Shown here: piece by piece, positions 1 through 11,000 of the stretch
How positions within the stretch are numbered: position 1 is the first letter of the stretch
Layout: each line of letters starts with the position of its first letter
Source of the DNA: a virus
Virus record (IMG/VR): IMGVR_UViG_3300049736_000695
Coordinates: 1-64,000 of that record
Strand: one strand, 5' to 3'
DNA length: 64,000 nucleotides
The notes under the pieces: model-generated
Seen by the model: only the letters and a program-made list of their open reading frames with translations
Told to the model about the DNA's origin: nothing
Databases searched by the model: none
Translations under genes and position numbers: made by a program

Positions 1-749
1 AGACGCTTAGAATGTGTCGTAGTACTTGTTTGTGATGCTGTAGAATCTGCATCATTTCTCAGTCTTGAATCTGCGGTGTTTATTGTGTATTGAGGACAAT
101 AGAAATTATTTTCATTCCATAGATGTCTCATTAGATCTGGACTAAATTCAAGATCTGTTAACATATGTGAATAGTAATAACCAGTCACTACATTTGAATG
201 CTCAACCCACATACCAAACAATTTGTCGGTCATAATCACATGAATTGCATAACAATTGCCAGGATTTATTGGCATTCTCCACAGAGATGCGCCTGTATCA
301 CCAGTCCAACTGCCGGCAGTGTCACCTGTACTGTATGGAAATGCCTGTGAGTTAGCTTTATCAGTAGTACGACATATCAAACCATAAGTATCATACCATC
401 TAATTGTGACGTAATTAAATGCACCAAAATTTGTATCAGTACTACCAGCTTCTTGATTACCATAATGGTATTTTTTAAATCTAATGTAATGATTATTATA
501 CGAAGCGGTGGTAGTGTTATTTCCAGTAACACTTCTATAAATGTTTGCTGATGGTCTATTGGCTGTATCATTAATAATTACTGAAGCAGCAGCATTAATA
601 TACGTTGAATTCATATCACTTGTTGCAGTATGAGTACCATCCAGAAATCCTTGAATTTCATCCATCACATACCGTCTATGAGCGGCGTTGCTCATATTAG
701 TTGAGCCACCCCAACTGGTATGATTCATTATTAGTTTTAAATATGCCAT
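1..749 (-). CDS. putative virion/tail-associated protein, runs off the window edge (3' partial)
   Basis: Not in ORF track. Open frame from ATG at 749 (TAATG overlap with upstream stop): MAYLKLIMNHTSWGGSTNMSN... with no stop before base 1; lies in the fibre operon. Confidence 0.7.
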   Translation of the reverse strand, partial: MAYLKLIMNHTSWGGSTNMSNAAHRRYVMDEIQGFLDGTHTATSDMNSTYINAAASVIINDTANRPSANIYRSVTGNNTTTASYNNHYIRFKKYHYGNQEAGSTDTNFGAFNYVTIRWYDTYGLICRTTDKANSQAFPYSTGDTAGSWTGDTGASLWRMPINPGNCYAIHVIMTDKLFGMWVEHSNVVTGYYYSHMLTDLEFSPDLMRHLWNENNFYCPQYTINTADSRLRNDADSTASQTSTTTHSKR

Positions 750-1024
750 TAGTGTAGCTCCTCTAGATCGCTGTTTGATGAATCATAATCATGCCCACCT
801 AAAACAAATATATTCGTTGTTCCGCCAGATTGATGGCCAAGTTCTTCTGTACCAATCGAATGATTAGTAATTAAGTTTGGTAAATCATCATCGCTTACTC
901 CGACAATGCGATACCAATGAGCAGAATCCCAATTAACATCCGATGCTGTCATCGGTTCTCCGACGGAATCTACAAGTTTAAATAGGTCTAGTGCAGATTG
1001 TTTAGCATCTGAATCCCATGACAT
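749..1024 (-). CDS. small acidic hypothetical protein (fibre-associated), 4 DS motifs
   Basis: 91-aa ORF, GGAG SD upstream, coupled to downstream gene. Confidence 0.7.
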   Translation of the reverse strand: MSWDSDAKQSALDLFKLVDSVGEPMTASDVNWDSAHWYRIVGVSDDDLPNLITNHSIGTEELGHQSGGTTNIFVLGGHDYDSSNSDLEELH

Positions 1025-1036
1025 TGTTACTTCTCC

Positions 1037-2602
1037 TTATTTATAAGATATGACGACATTCAAATCAGATCCTGCCGTAGAAGAACCAATTTGTGTTATG
1101 TCGATAGTTAAATAGTCGCCTTCGGCAACTGATAAATTTAAATTATTCGTAACATTAGTGGTAGAACCATCAGCAATATTAAAAGTTGATATCGATGAAC
1201 CATTCTTTTTTAATGTCATATTTAGCGTTGCTCCTGCTGGCGCCACAGAAACGTGTTTTCTAATCTTTGTGATAGTCACGGCTCGAGGTGAATACCACCG
1301 TGCCGTACCAGCAGCTACAGTTAATGCCCCATCTTGAACAAATGTGGTATTATTTTCTTTTTGAATTGTTGATGATGCTGCATCTGTAAATCCTAGTCTC
1401 GTAGCAATATAATCAGAATCAATTAAAGTTGTCTTTGTTCCAGAAATTATACCTTCTACCTTTGCCGAATCAAGAGAACTTGCCACAAATGTTTCTGATG
1501 CATCTAAAATATTTTTTTCTTGCATAAAGGTTTTCATTCTATTTTCATTAATAGAATTATTGGTAATTTCTTCTTTAATACGATTTACAAATGAAACCGT
1601 TTTATTCATATAATCACCCAAGTCTTGTGGAACAAACTTATTTTTTGCTGCATCATATGTTAAACACATTTGACTTTGTATGGTTGGAACTTCTTTTATA
1701 GGAACTTCAGTAGCATGGCCTTCCTGAGAATGCTGTAGATAAATTATATCTTGACCTGCTCCATTGCTATCTGTTTTTAAATCTTTAATAGTGATATTAC
1801 CACGCATGGCACCATGGATACCACACTGATATGTTAATGTACTAGGCGCATCAGCGGGAACAACAAACGTCATCGTTGCATTATTATTTGCTCTTGAATT
1901 CGTAACTCCAGATGTATATTCACCAACATAATTACCAGATACAAAATTGTCACCATTATCTGTTGAAAGATAAATTGGATGTCCATTTGTGCTTGAGTCT
2001 AAAACAAATTCATATGTATTACCTTTATAGAATGGACCCAACGCCTGATTGTTTCCCATTCTAAGTCCAGTGAAAGTATATGCTCCTGAAACTGCACCAA
2101 TATTATATGTGTGTGTAGAAGTATTTAATGACGGTATTGTGTAACTTGCAGGAACACTCCATGATAACCTTTGCGCCCTTGTAGCAGAATCAGTACCACC
2201 AGAATCTGTTACTCCAACAAAAGAATAACTTCCGCTATCATATGTTACCCAATCAACAAGGTTTGCTGTGCCAGCTTCATTTAACCATTTTAGAAAAATT
2301 TTATGAGTTTGGTCTGCATCACCACGTGTTCTAAAAGCAGTAAAATTATCTAAGCGATATGTCCCTTGCTTGTAAATAGGAACTTCATTTTGTGCTTTCA
2401 TAGTAATAGATTCTCTTCCATAAGGAAGAGTCGTAACATTCCATGACCATTTCCAATCGGGCATGTGACCCGCTGAATCTACATCAGTTGCAAAATTTAA
2501 CGTTTCTGGGTCAATTGACTGATCCACCAGCGCATCAAATGCACTTTCTCTCACATCACCGGATAAGTTTATTACAGTCGCAAGTTTCTTATTTATGCTC
2601 AT
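1037..2602 (-). CDS. tail-fibre/virion structural protein with cupredoxin-like domain
   Basis: T/S/G-rich beta composition; GHP...YQCGIHGAM type-1-copper-like motif. Confidence 0.7.
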   Translation of the reverse strand: MSINKKLATVINLSGDVRESAFDALVDQSIDPETLNFATDVDSAGHMPDWKWSWNVTTLPYGRESITMKAQNEVPIYKQGTYRLDNFTAFRTRGDADQTHKIFLKWLNEAGTANLVDWVTYDSGSYSFVGVTDSGGTDSATRAQRLSWSVPASYTIPSLNTSTHTYNIGAVSGAYTFTGLRMGNNQALGPFYKGNTYEFVLDSSTNGHPIYLSTDNGDNFVSGNYVGEYTSGVTNSRANNNATMTFVVPADAPSTLTYQCGIHGAMRGNITIKDLKTDSNGAGQDIIYLQHSQEGHATEVPIKEVPTIQSQMCLTYDAAKNKFVPQDLGDYMNKTVSFVNRIKEEITNNSINENRMKTFMQEKNILDASETFVASSLDSAKVEGIISGTKTTLIDSDYIATRLGFTDAASSTIQKENNTTFVQDGALTVAAGTARWYSPRAVTITKIRKHVSVAPAGATLNMTLKKNGSSISTFNIADGSTTNVTNNLNLSVAEGDYLTIDITQIGSSTAGSDLNVVISYK

Positions 2603-2627
2603 TTTACCTTATCCTGATTAATACGTC

Positions 2628-2999
2628 TTAAGCGTATGGTGAATCACCAAGTGTTGTAGTATCCCATGCAGCTTTAAGCTCAGCGATTGTTGTAGCATCT
2701 GTAATTGCAGATGCGGCAGGTGCATCACGAAGAGCAGTTTTCTTTGTTGCAGCCGCAGCTTTTGCAGTTGCATCATCGTCTTCGATAGCGCGCATATACT
2801 TTACGTCTTCTGATTCTAATAGAGGTTTACGAACCTCACGAATTTTGTCTTTGAATAATACTTTTGCAGCATCTAGATCTTCACTGATAACATCACCAGA
2901 TAAAGACCAAGCACCACGAAATTGACGATCAGATGGCACTGTTACTGCACTAGCATCAGCCTGATTTCCATCCTTGTCAACGATATAAGTAGTTGCCAT
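2628..2999 (-). CDS. tail fibre assembly-like protein
   Basis: IREVRKPLL..EDV.YMRA.E...K.ALRDAP pattern typical of Tfa-like chaperones next to fibres; GGAG SD. Confidence 0.6.
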   Translation of the reverse strand: MATTYIVDKDGNQADASAVTVPSDRQFRGAWSLSGDVISEDLDAAKVLFKDKIREVRKPLLESEDVKYMRAIEDDDATAKAAAATKKTALRDAPAASAITDATTIAELKAAWDTTTLGDSPYA

Positions 3000-3011
3000 T
3001 TTATTTTCTCC

Positions 3012-3473
3012 TTAAGCAGCTTCTCTGCTATTTATATCAGGATCTATCTTCCAAGCATTTCGCCACTCTCTCGTTTGAGGTAGTTGCTCTTTTTTACAGA
3101 TGACCATCTTAGGTTTATTGCCTTCATTCCATGTACGCCAAATATGGTTTGGAATGTCTTTCATAATTAAATATTCAATTGCCTCTTCTTCACTCATAGG
3201 AGGCATAGGTTCTGTATCATGCAGCAGATAACCACGAGTATGTTTCTTAAATCCTGCCATTGCTTCATCTCTTGCAAGTTCATGATATACCCATACTGGT
3301 GGAAGAATACCGCCATTCATTGCGCATGCCATCCAATTTGGATCAGGCACAAGTACGCTTGCTGGTTCATCAACGTTATGCTCAAACACAACACGATAGT
3401 CTGATTGGTATGGCTCAAGGTTATCTTTTGCCCAACACAGTCTTTCAAATAATTTTAGTTCTTTCAATTCCAT
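3012..3473 (-). CDS. tail-fibre-associated conserved protein
   Basis: Start moved to ATG 3473 (TAATG coupling); ends with LP.TREWRNAW motif seen in marine phage fibre-assembly genes. Confidence 0.6.
   Translation of the reverse strand: MELKELKLFERLCWAKDNLEPYQSDYRVVFEHNVDEPASVLVPDPNWMACAMNGGILPPVWVYHELARDEAMAGFKKHTRGYLLHDTEPMPPMSEEEAIEYLIMKDIPNHIWRTWNEGNKPKMVICKKEQLPQTREWRNAWKIDPDINSREAA
3029..3036 (-). promoter_or_regulatory. T4-type late promoter TATAAATA
   Basis: Exact consensus 30 nt upstream of the 2999 start. Confidence 0.5.
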
Positions 3474-3859
3474 TATGCAAGGTCTCCGAATACGGCAATA
3501 TGACATTGTCCAGTGTTATGAGCATTGTCAGTTGTATAGATTTCAGTATCAATTATTGAGGTTGTTCGAGTAATAACTTGAAGACTTCTATTAGAAGGAT
3601 TGTTACGTGCAGATGTAGATGCGCCACCTCCAGCTACTGGAATATAGTATAAACTAGACATTACATTAGTTAAATTTACTTCGATTTCAGAAGCGTCATC
3701 TGTTAAACTAGATACTAGAAAGCTGGCATCCGGATTTGGTGGGTTGTCACCAGTATCAAAATAAACCCACGCCTTCGCAGTACCATTTGTCACATAAATA
3801 GAGGCGACAGTCTTTGCATTGGTGTCTTGTATAGTTCCTACTGTAATTTTTCCGGTCAT
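3473..3859 (-). CDS. small tail-fibre module (AKAW...GDLA family)
   Basis: TAKAWVYF...VSSLTD...GDLA; paralogous to 4344-4775. Confidence 0.65.
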   Translation of the reverse strand: MTGKITVGTIQDTNAKTVASIYVTNGTAKAWVYFDTGDNPPNPDASFLVSSLTDDASEIEVNLTNVMSSLYYIPVAGGGASTSARNNPSNRSLQVITRTTSIIDTEIYTTDNAHNTGQCHIAVFGDLA

Positions 3860-4347
3860 TGTGTTATTTCCATTAGAGTTACAGTTGACACTGTTCGACC
3901 GCCAGTGTTATTATTAGCATCTAATTCTGATCTATTAATGAAGATAGCTTTAGTATTATCATTTAGAAACCAAAATGCATATGTCAATTGATCTGTTGTG
4001 TTCGGATCATCTAAAAAACACATAAAAGTGGTATCAACTTGATTTCCATCATGAGTGTATCCAAATCCTGCATGTCCTAGTTGTTTACTACCGTCGACAG
4101 CGCCTATAGATCCACTCGGAATGGTTCCATTTCTTTTGAAAAATCCTTTATATGTAGTTACAGTACATCCATATGAGATACTTGCTTGTAATAAAATTTT
4201 ACTAGTTGCATATTTTGGAGTAATAATAGTGCGTAATCCTGTCACCTCTACTTCACTACCATTAGATACGACAGATGTTGCTGAAGTCATTACTGATTGC
4301 ACAACTTGAACAACACAATTATCAGCACCTGTAAGAGTTAATGTCAT
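3856..4347 (-). CDS. small tail-fibre module (beta-sandwich)
   Basis: VVQVVQ...ITPK..TSKIL...FLDDPNTT..LTY...STVTLMEI, a common phage fibre tip pattern. Confidence 0.65.
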   Translation of the reverse strand: MTLTLTGADNCVVQVVQSVMTSATSVVSNGSEVEVTGLRTIITPKYATSKILLQASISYGCTVTTYKGFFKRNGTIPSGSIGAVDGSKQLGHAGFGYTHDGNQVDTTFMCFLDDPNTTDQLTYAFWFLNDNTKAIFINRSELDANNNTGGRTVSTVTLMEITQ

Positions 4348-4775
4348 GCGAGGTCTCCATGTACGACACCGTAATTAAAATAATCAAAATGTAGACGAGA
4401 AGATCCATCATAATACGAGTAAAATTGCACCGAACTTGTTAGCGCTCCAGTTCTTGTGCCCATTCCTGCCAACCCATCTGTTGTAAAATTATGATAAACT
4501 TGGGCAGTCCTTGTATATACATCATTACCCCATCCAGTGTCATCAAAATTACAGTAATAAGTTTGTGAAGTCATATTATTTGTATATGAAACTGTTCGAT
4601 TCCCAGTACCGCCATCGACTAAACTACTTGAATTAATTCCACCGCTCATTGTCACAAATGCAGTTCCTGTATTATTTACACAGAAAAGTGCTTTTGCCGC
4701 AGTCTGATTAGTCAGTGCCGCTGGTCCATTACCAGTTATATTTGATAGCGTTGTTACTCTGAGTTCACTCGTCAT
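4344..4775 (-). CDS. small tail-fibre module (AKA...GDLA family)
   Basis: MTSELRV..L start, AAKA...SSLVDGGTG...GDLA end. Confidence 0.65.
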   Translation of the reverse strand: MTSELRVTTLSNITGNGPAALTNQTAAKALFCVNNTGTAFVTMSGGINSSSLVDGGTGNRTVSYTNNMTSQTYYCNFDDTGWGNDVYTRTAQVYHNFTTDGLAGMGTRTGALTSSVQFYSYYDGSSRLHFDYFNYGVVHGDLA

Positions 4776-5020
4776 TAGCTTATCACCAAGTTACCGTTGA
4801 TTGTTAGCACTACACCACTATCAAATGACATTGGTCCAGCAACATGCGCATTCTCTGCACTGTCTATTGTAGTATTTATATTGAGAGACTGTGAATTAAT
4901 TCTAAACATGTCACTCTTCAACTTGCCACTTAGTGAAAGAACTGTAGCAGAATCGGTTCCACCTCCACCGCCGCCAGCGCTGGTACTCCAATTGCTTCTT
5001 ATGTCTGTTAAATTTGCCAT
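4775..5020 (-). CDS. short fibre adaptor protein
   Basis: FRIN.Q.L..NTTI...ENA.VAGP....GV.LT.NG.LVI pattern; Gly linker followed by TDSAT. Confidence 0.6.
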   Translation of the reverse strand: MANLTDIRSNWSTSAGGGGGGTDSATVLSLSGKLKSDMFRINSQSLNINTTIDSAENAHVAGPMSFDSGVVLTINGNLVIS

Positions 5021-5021
5021 A

Positions 5022-8000
5022 TTAGTTCTCTATCAATACCCAACCTTGAGCAACGTTGTAATAAACCAATCCAATACCTGCTCTGTCTACGTTAATTGTT
5101 AAATCAGTTGTTCCACCTTGAATCTTATGACCATTCCGAGATACTGTAATATTATTTGATGATGCATTTCCTGTCACATCGATAATTCTAATTTCATCAC
5201 CTATACTTGCAGATGACGGAAGTGTTATAGTTTTAGCGGTTGATGTATCAATAAAGAGTTTATCACCTGCAGTTGCCGTAACTGGTGTACCACTTGGTGC
5301 TGACCATGCATTTGTTTTAATTGCATTTGTATTTGACACAAAAGATGCAATCTTAATTTCATCACTTGCATCGGCACCAGATGTAAGAACAACTGACATA
5401 CCATTATTTGCATTATAGTCATCTGAATCATTCAGTAACAGACCATTCATAAAGACTTGAATATTGCCAGTTTGATATGCAAGTGAAGTACCTGTAATAT
5501 CATTACCTTGGAAAATTGTTTGTCCAGAATCTGCAGTAAACTTATACAGCTCCATATTCTGACCAGGGTTACTAAATGCTGATACTATGATTTCATCATT
5601 CACGCTTGCTGCAGTTACGAGATTAATAGTTGAGCCATTCGTTGCGCTATAATCAACAGCTCGAAGTATGATACCATTCATATGAACTTGAATTGCGCCA
5701 GGTGCATACGATAGTGTATTACCATTAATATCAGCACCGCTAAATGATGTTTGATTAGCAGTTGCAGTAAATTCGTAATTTGCCACATTAGGTGATACAA
5801 CAACACCCTTACGGTTAATAAGAGTAACAATATCATTTGAATCCGTAGCAGATACAAGAGTTACAGTAGTACCAGCGTTAGTAGAATAATCATCTGAATC
5901 TTTGAGAAGAATACCATTGAGATATACATCTAAACCGCCAACTGAATAATCAAGAGTATCTCCATTATCATCATTGCCGGTAATTGAAGTTGTTGGTGTT
6001 GGCGTTGTAAAGTAGTATTTGGCTTCTACTAGTGCTCGTTGGGTAGCGACACGTCCACGCCTTTCAATAATTGAGACGCTGTATCCGCTGTCGACTCCTG
6101 TTCCGAACGTGACTGCTGATGTACTAGCAGTGTAATCATCATTGACTACTTGCAAGACACCATTGATATAGACATCAAGATGAGTAGCATCAATTGAACT
6201 ATGATTAAAGACTGTTTGTGCTGCTGTCGCTGTGTATTGCGATCTTTGTGTAGTAAATTCGCCACGAGTAAAGTCCACCTTTGAACCAATATAATCAGAA
6301 TCAACAGTCGATGTAATAAGAGCAATCGTTGCTGCTGAATCTGTTCCTGCCGCAGTTCTAGCTTGAACATATGCAGAATCAATAAGTGTTGTTACATTGG
6401 AATTACCATATGTACTTAGTTCAGAATAGTTAGCTAATCTTGTCCAGTTTCCTGCATGGGCAAAGTAACCAGCACCAGTACCATGAACATGAGCAAACAT
6501 ACCATGATAATTTGTGGCACTTGGTAATCCACCAACAGAATCATATACATTACCAAAGAGAACTTTGTTCCCTTCCATATCTAAATCTGATTTGGTAACT
6601 CTTAATCTTACATAATTGGAATCAATTAATGCAATCGCCTCGGCAGAATCAACAAAGTCTGTACCGAGAGTTGGAATAGTTGGAGTTCCTGTTAATGAAC
6701 TATATGCAAAGTCTTGTGCAGTTTGACGCGCTTGTACATAACCGCTATCTACAATTGCAAGAATACCAGACGAATCTTGAAACCGATCGCGAAGTTGAAT
6801 ATATGCCGAATCAACAAGATTTAATACATGAGAGGAATCAAATGGATTGACCCTAGCATTTATATAAGCAGAATCGATTAAAGATATTACGGCAGCCGAA
6901 TCGGTACCAGCTGCGGTTCTAGCTTGAATATAAGCACTATCAACGTTTGACGTAATAAGAGTTGTAACCCGACCTGAATCAACTCCAACATTATTACCAG
7001 AAAGTCTGTTAATTGTAATAAGATTGCCTGAATCAGCTGCAGTTGTTAAAGTAACTTTATTATTATTTGATGTGGAATAGTCGCCATTTGCTAATAATAC
7101 ACCGTTTAAAAATACTGTAACTTTATCATCAGTAAAATCTAGTGATTGTGAATTATCATCAGATCCTGTAAATATGGTTTGACCGGAATCTGCTGTAAAT
7201 TCAAAAAGCGTTTGTTCAAGAGGAGAGAACGTGCCAGTGCTACCTGACAAAATCTGGATATCTACAATGTCTCCTACAGTCGCTCCATTTATAAGTGTTA
7301 CATTACTACCAGCTCCGTTTTGAGTATAATCGGCTGAATCAAGAAGAAGTAAACCATTCAAATAAACGTTAATTCTATCTTGAGTATAGCTCAGTATTTG
7401 CGAATTATCGTCAGATCCTGTAAATAATGTTTGACCGGAATCTGCCGTGTAAATATAATGTCTTTGCTTTACTGCTACATGGCCAGTATCGTTACCAGAA
7501 AACTTAATAACTTCAAGAACATCACCACTATCGGCAGCTACTAATAAATCAACTTTTGATGAATTGTGAGTGTAATCAGATCTTGGAAGTAAAAGACCAT
7601 TCAGATAAACTTGGAATTTACCTGAATCAACATCAAGTCCAGTAAATGATGATTGACCTGAATCGGCATTAAAGTTAAATACTGTTTGAGTCAATTCAAC
7701 AGCAGTTGCAGAACCACCACCGCTACCACCAGCAATAGTAATAGTTTTTGTTGCGCCTGTTCCGGATGCGACAACACCAGAACCTACAAAATTAATTGTA
7801 GAAGCGGCAGTTGATAATGATGATCCTTCATCTTGTATTGTAATGGCGGATCCGCCACCACCTGATGACTGTCTTGCTTGAATATAAGCACTATCTACGA
7901 TAGCAATAATGTCTGCACTATCTACTGTACCACCACCGCCGGTGGTTTGTCTTGCTTGGATATAAGCAGAATCAATAAGGTTAATAGCGTCCGCAGAATC

Positions 8001-11000
8001 TAAATCTGATTTAGCATTAATAAGAGCCAGTAATGTATCCATAGCGGAATCATCATCATTTAAGGCTGCAGCTATTTCATTAAGAGTGTTGAGAGTACCG
8101 GGAGCGCCATCGATTAATGCGTTAATTTGACTGGTAACAAAGGCTGAGTCAACGTAATCTGTTCCGAATGTTGGAACTGATACTTCATCTAAAATAACAA
8201 TATTACCAACCATGCCACCATGATTAGTACATTGATAAACTAGTGAAGTCGGAGCATTCATATCCGGAGTAAAAAGAATATCTCCAGTTTGAGCACCGTT
8301 ATTTGTTACGCCTGTGCTATACGCTGATCCACCATTTGAAACTCTAATTTGGAATGGATGACCAGATGCTGCCATGGCAAATTTATATGTTTTACCACGT
8401 GTAAGATATAAGGTAGGATTATTACGGCCTGATGAAAAGCCGTCACCATTAAACGTATAAGCAGAAGAACCACTACTTGTAACATTAAAAATAGATTCTA
8501 CTGGTCTTCTTAATTCTATATAAGCAGAATCGACTGTAGAATTAATAAGGGATATTACTGTAGCAGAATCTGTTCCTGATTCACCATACACATTATTAAA
8601 TGTTTGTACAATATTAGTATCTGGATAAGATCTACCGGCACCCCAAATAATTCTTACGGCACCCCTTTTACCATGATTGGCAATCCCAGTACCACCTTCA
8701 CCATACAATTTAGTTAAAGCGGCGGCTGATGTTCCTAGTAGACTAGCGGCACCTGAAGTTGAACCGTTACCGGTATATTGACCGGCTCCACGAACTCCAC
8801 CGTTACCACCACCGTCATAGGATAAAGTTGTACCACCGGAACCACCACTACCATTACTGGCTCCGGAGCCACCAGTACCACCATTTGCTTGCAATAATAC
8901 AGTAGAGCTTCTTTTTATAGTAGTATTTCCAGCAGCGTCACCGCTTCCAACCGCGCCGGGTGGATCACTAGGCGCTTGACCACCATTGCCACTATGGCCA
9001 ACCGTAATTGTAAGTGTTTCGCCTGGAGTAACAGTAAGAGAAGTGTCGTATGATAGACCACCACCGCCACCATCACCACCACTACCGGACTGAACACCAC
9101 CTCCTCCACCACCACCAGCAATGGCGACGGCAGAAATAGTAGTAACTCCGGTCGGGACGATAAATGAATATACTTTATCTGTTAACCCACCTTCATTACC
9201 AATAAACTCTCTTGATTCAAAGTCATCAAATGATGCATCGGTAATATATCCTACATCATTATCAAAGTCACTGAGCTTAGTAGGTTTTGTAGAACCAGTT
9301 ATATAGAAATAATCGTATTGTTGTCTAGCTCTTACATATGCGGAATCAATAAGGTCAATTGCTTCTGCTGAATCTAGAGCATTTACGCGTTCTGCAATAT
9401 AAGCAGAATCAATGGCATTTGTCAATGACACATATGATTTTGAAGCAGCAACTGTTGCTGTTGCGCCATATACAGGCGAACTTGTACCGTATCCTGTGCC
9501 AGAAGTTGCATCACCAACAACATATGGATTATTAAATCCTCCAGAAGTATTAACGTTAATTCTAGGTGAATATGTTGAAATTAGAGGTAGTGTACCACCA
9601 TTTGCACTAATTGCCGCACCAATACCGCCAACGTAATCTGTATCATTAACCCAGCTGTATCCCGTTCCAACCCAACTAACAGTTACTACATTATTGGTTC
9701 TAGAAGCACTAGCTGTTCTAGTAGAACCAACACTATTGAAATTATCTCCAATGGAATAGTATTTTCCACCAGCATCTTTAAATCCTAATACAGTACCGGT
9801 AGTACTGCCTGGAAATTGTACTCCGTGAATTAATCCTTCGAAGTTTTCTGCAGATGCATCAGTGTCAAATGTCCAAGTTGCGTTATTTGTACCAGTTGCA
9901 ACTGCTGTTAGACCGAGCGCGGTTCTAGATGATGATGGTGCTGTAAAGGAAACTCTTTCACTAACATATGCACTATCAACAAGTTTAATAACTAATGCAG
10001 AGTCTAATCCACCACTTGCAATCGCAGGCGTATTAGTAAAGTTATTATAGTCAAGATAGAATGTGCCAGTTTGACCGTCGAGATTATCGGCATCGATATT
10101 TAATGAATTTACAAATGTTTGAGTAACTGTAGAAGTTACAAGAGATGAATCTTGAAATCTATCTCTTAGTGCAACATAGGCACTATCAACAAGAGCAATT
10201 ACGAGATCTGAGTCTAGACCTTCACGAGTAATAATATTTACAACTGTTGCAGAATCAATATAATTATTTCCAAATGATGGAATAGTTGGTGTATTTGTAA
10301 AATTAGTATAATCTAAATAGTGTGTACCGTTTTGGCCATCTAATGTGTCTGCGTCGACATTAAGCGCGTCAACAAAAGCTTTGTCTACATCAGCAGTAAC
10401 TTGTGTTGATACATCAGTAAGATCTAAAATTGCTGGTTTATTTGTAAAGTTATTATAATCAAGGTAATAATTACCATGTTGTCCATCTAATGTGTCTGCA
10501 TTAATATTTAATGTATTTACAAAAGCTGTATTAACATGTGAATCAATAATTGCTACTGCTTCGGCTGAATCTAAGAAATCATATGTAATTTGCCTTGCTT
10601 GAACATGAGCAGAGTCAATAACATTTGTTATAAACCCAGAGTCTCTCTGTAAGTCTACCTGACGTGCTTGAATATAAGCGCTGTCAATAAGTTGAATTGC
10701 ATCTGCTGAATCAAGAAATGGTGCTTCTTGAACACGAGCAAGAACATACGCAGAGTCAACTTTGTCTTCAATTGTGTTATTAATTGTAATACTAACAGTA
10801 TTGCCAGAATCATTAAGTGAAGCAGCAATATCAGAATCGGCTCTTGCTTTAGTATAATATAGATTTGTGCCTTCAGGCAAATTAGTTGTAGATTTAGTAG
10901 CATATTTAATTTCAAAATCAGAATCATGATTTGCAGTTGTGTAATGATCTGATCGAGCATTAATATAAGAGGAATCGATAATCGTAGCAAGATATGATTC

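Noticed and set aside
1038-1045. TATAAATA late promoter
   Set aside because: Coincides with TAT AAA TAA codons, and a start here would cut into the SD of the next gene; may be incidental.
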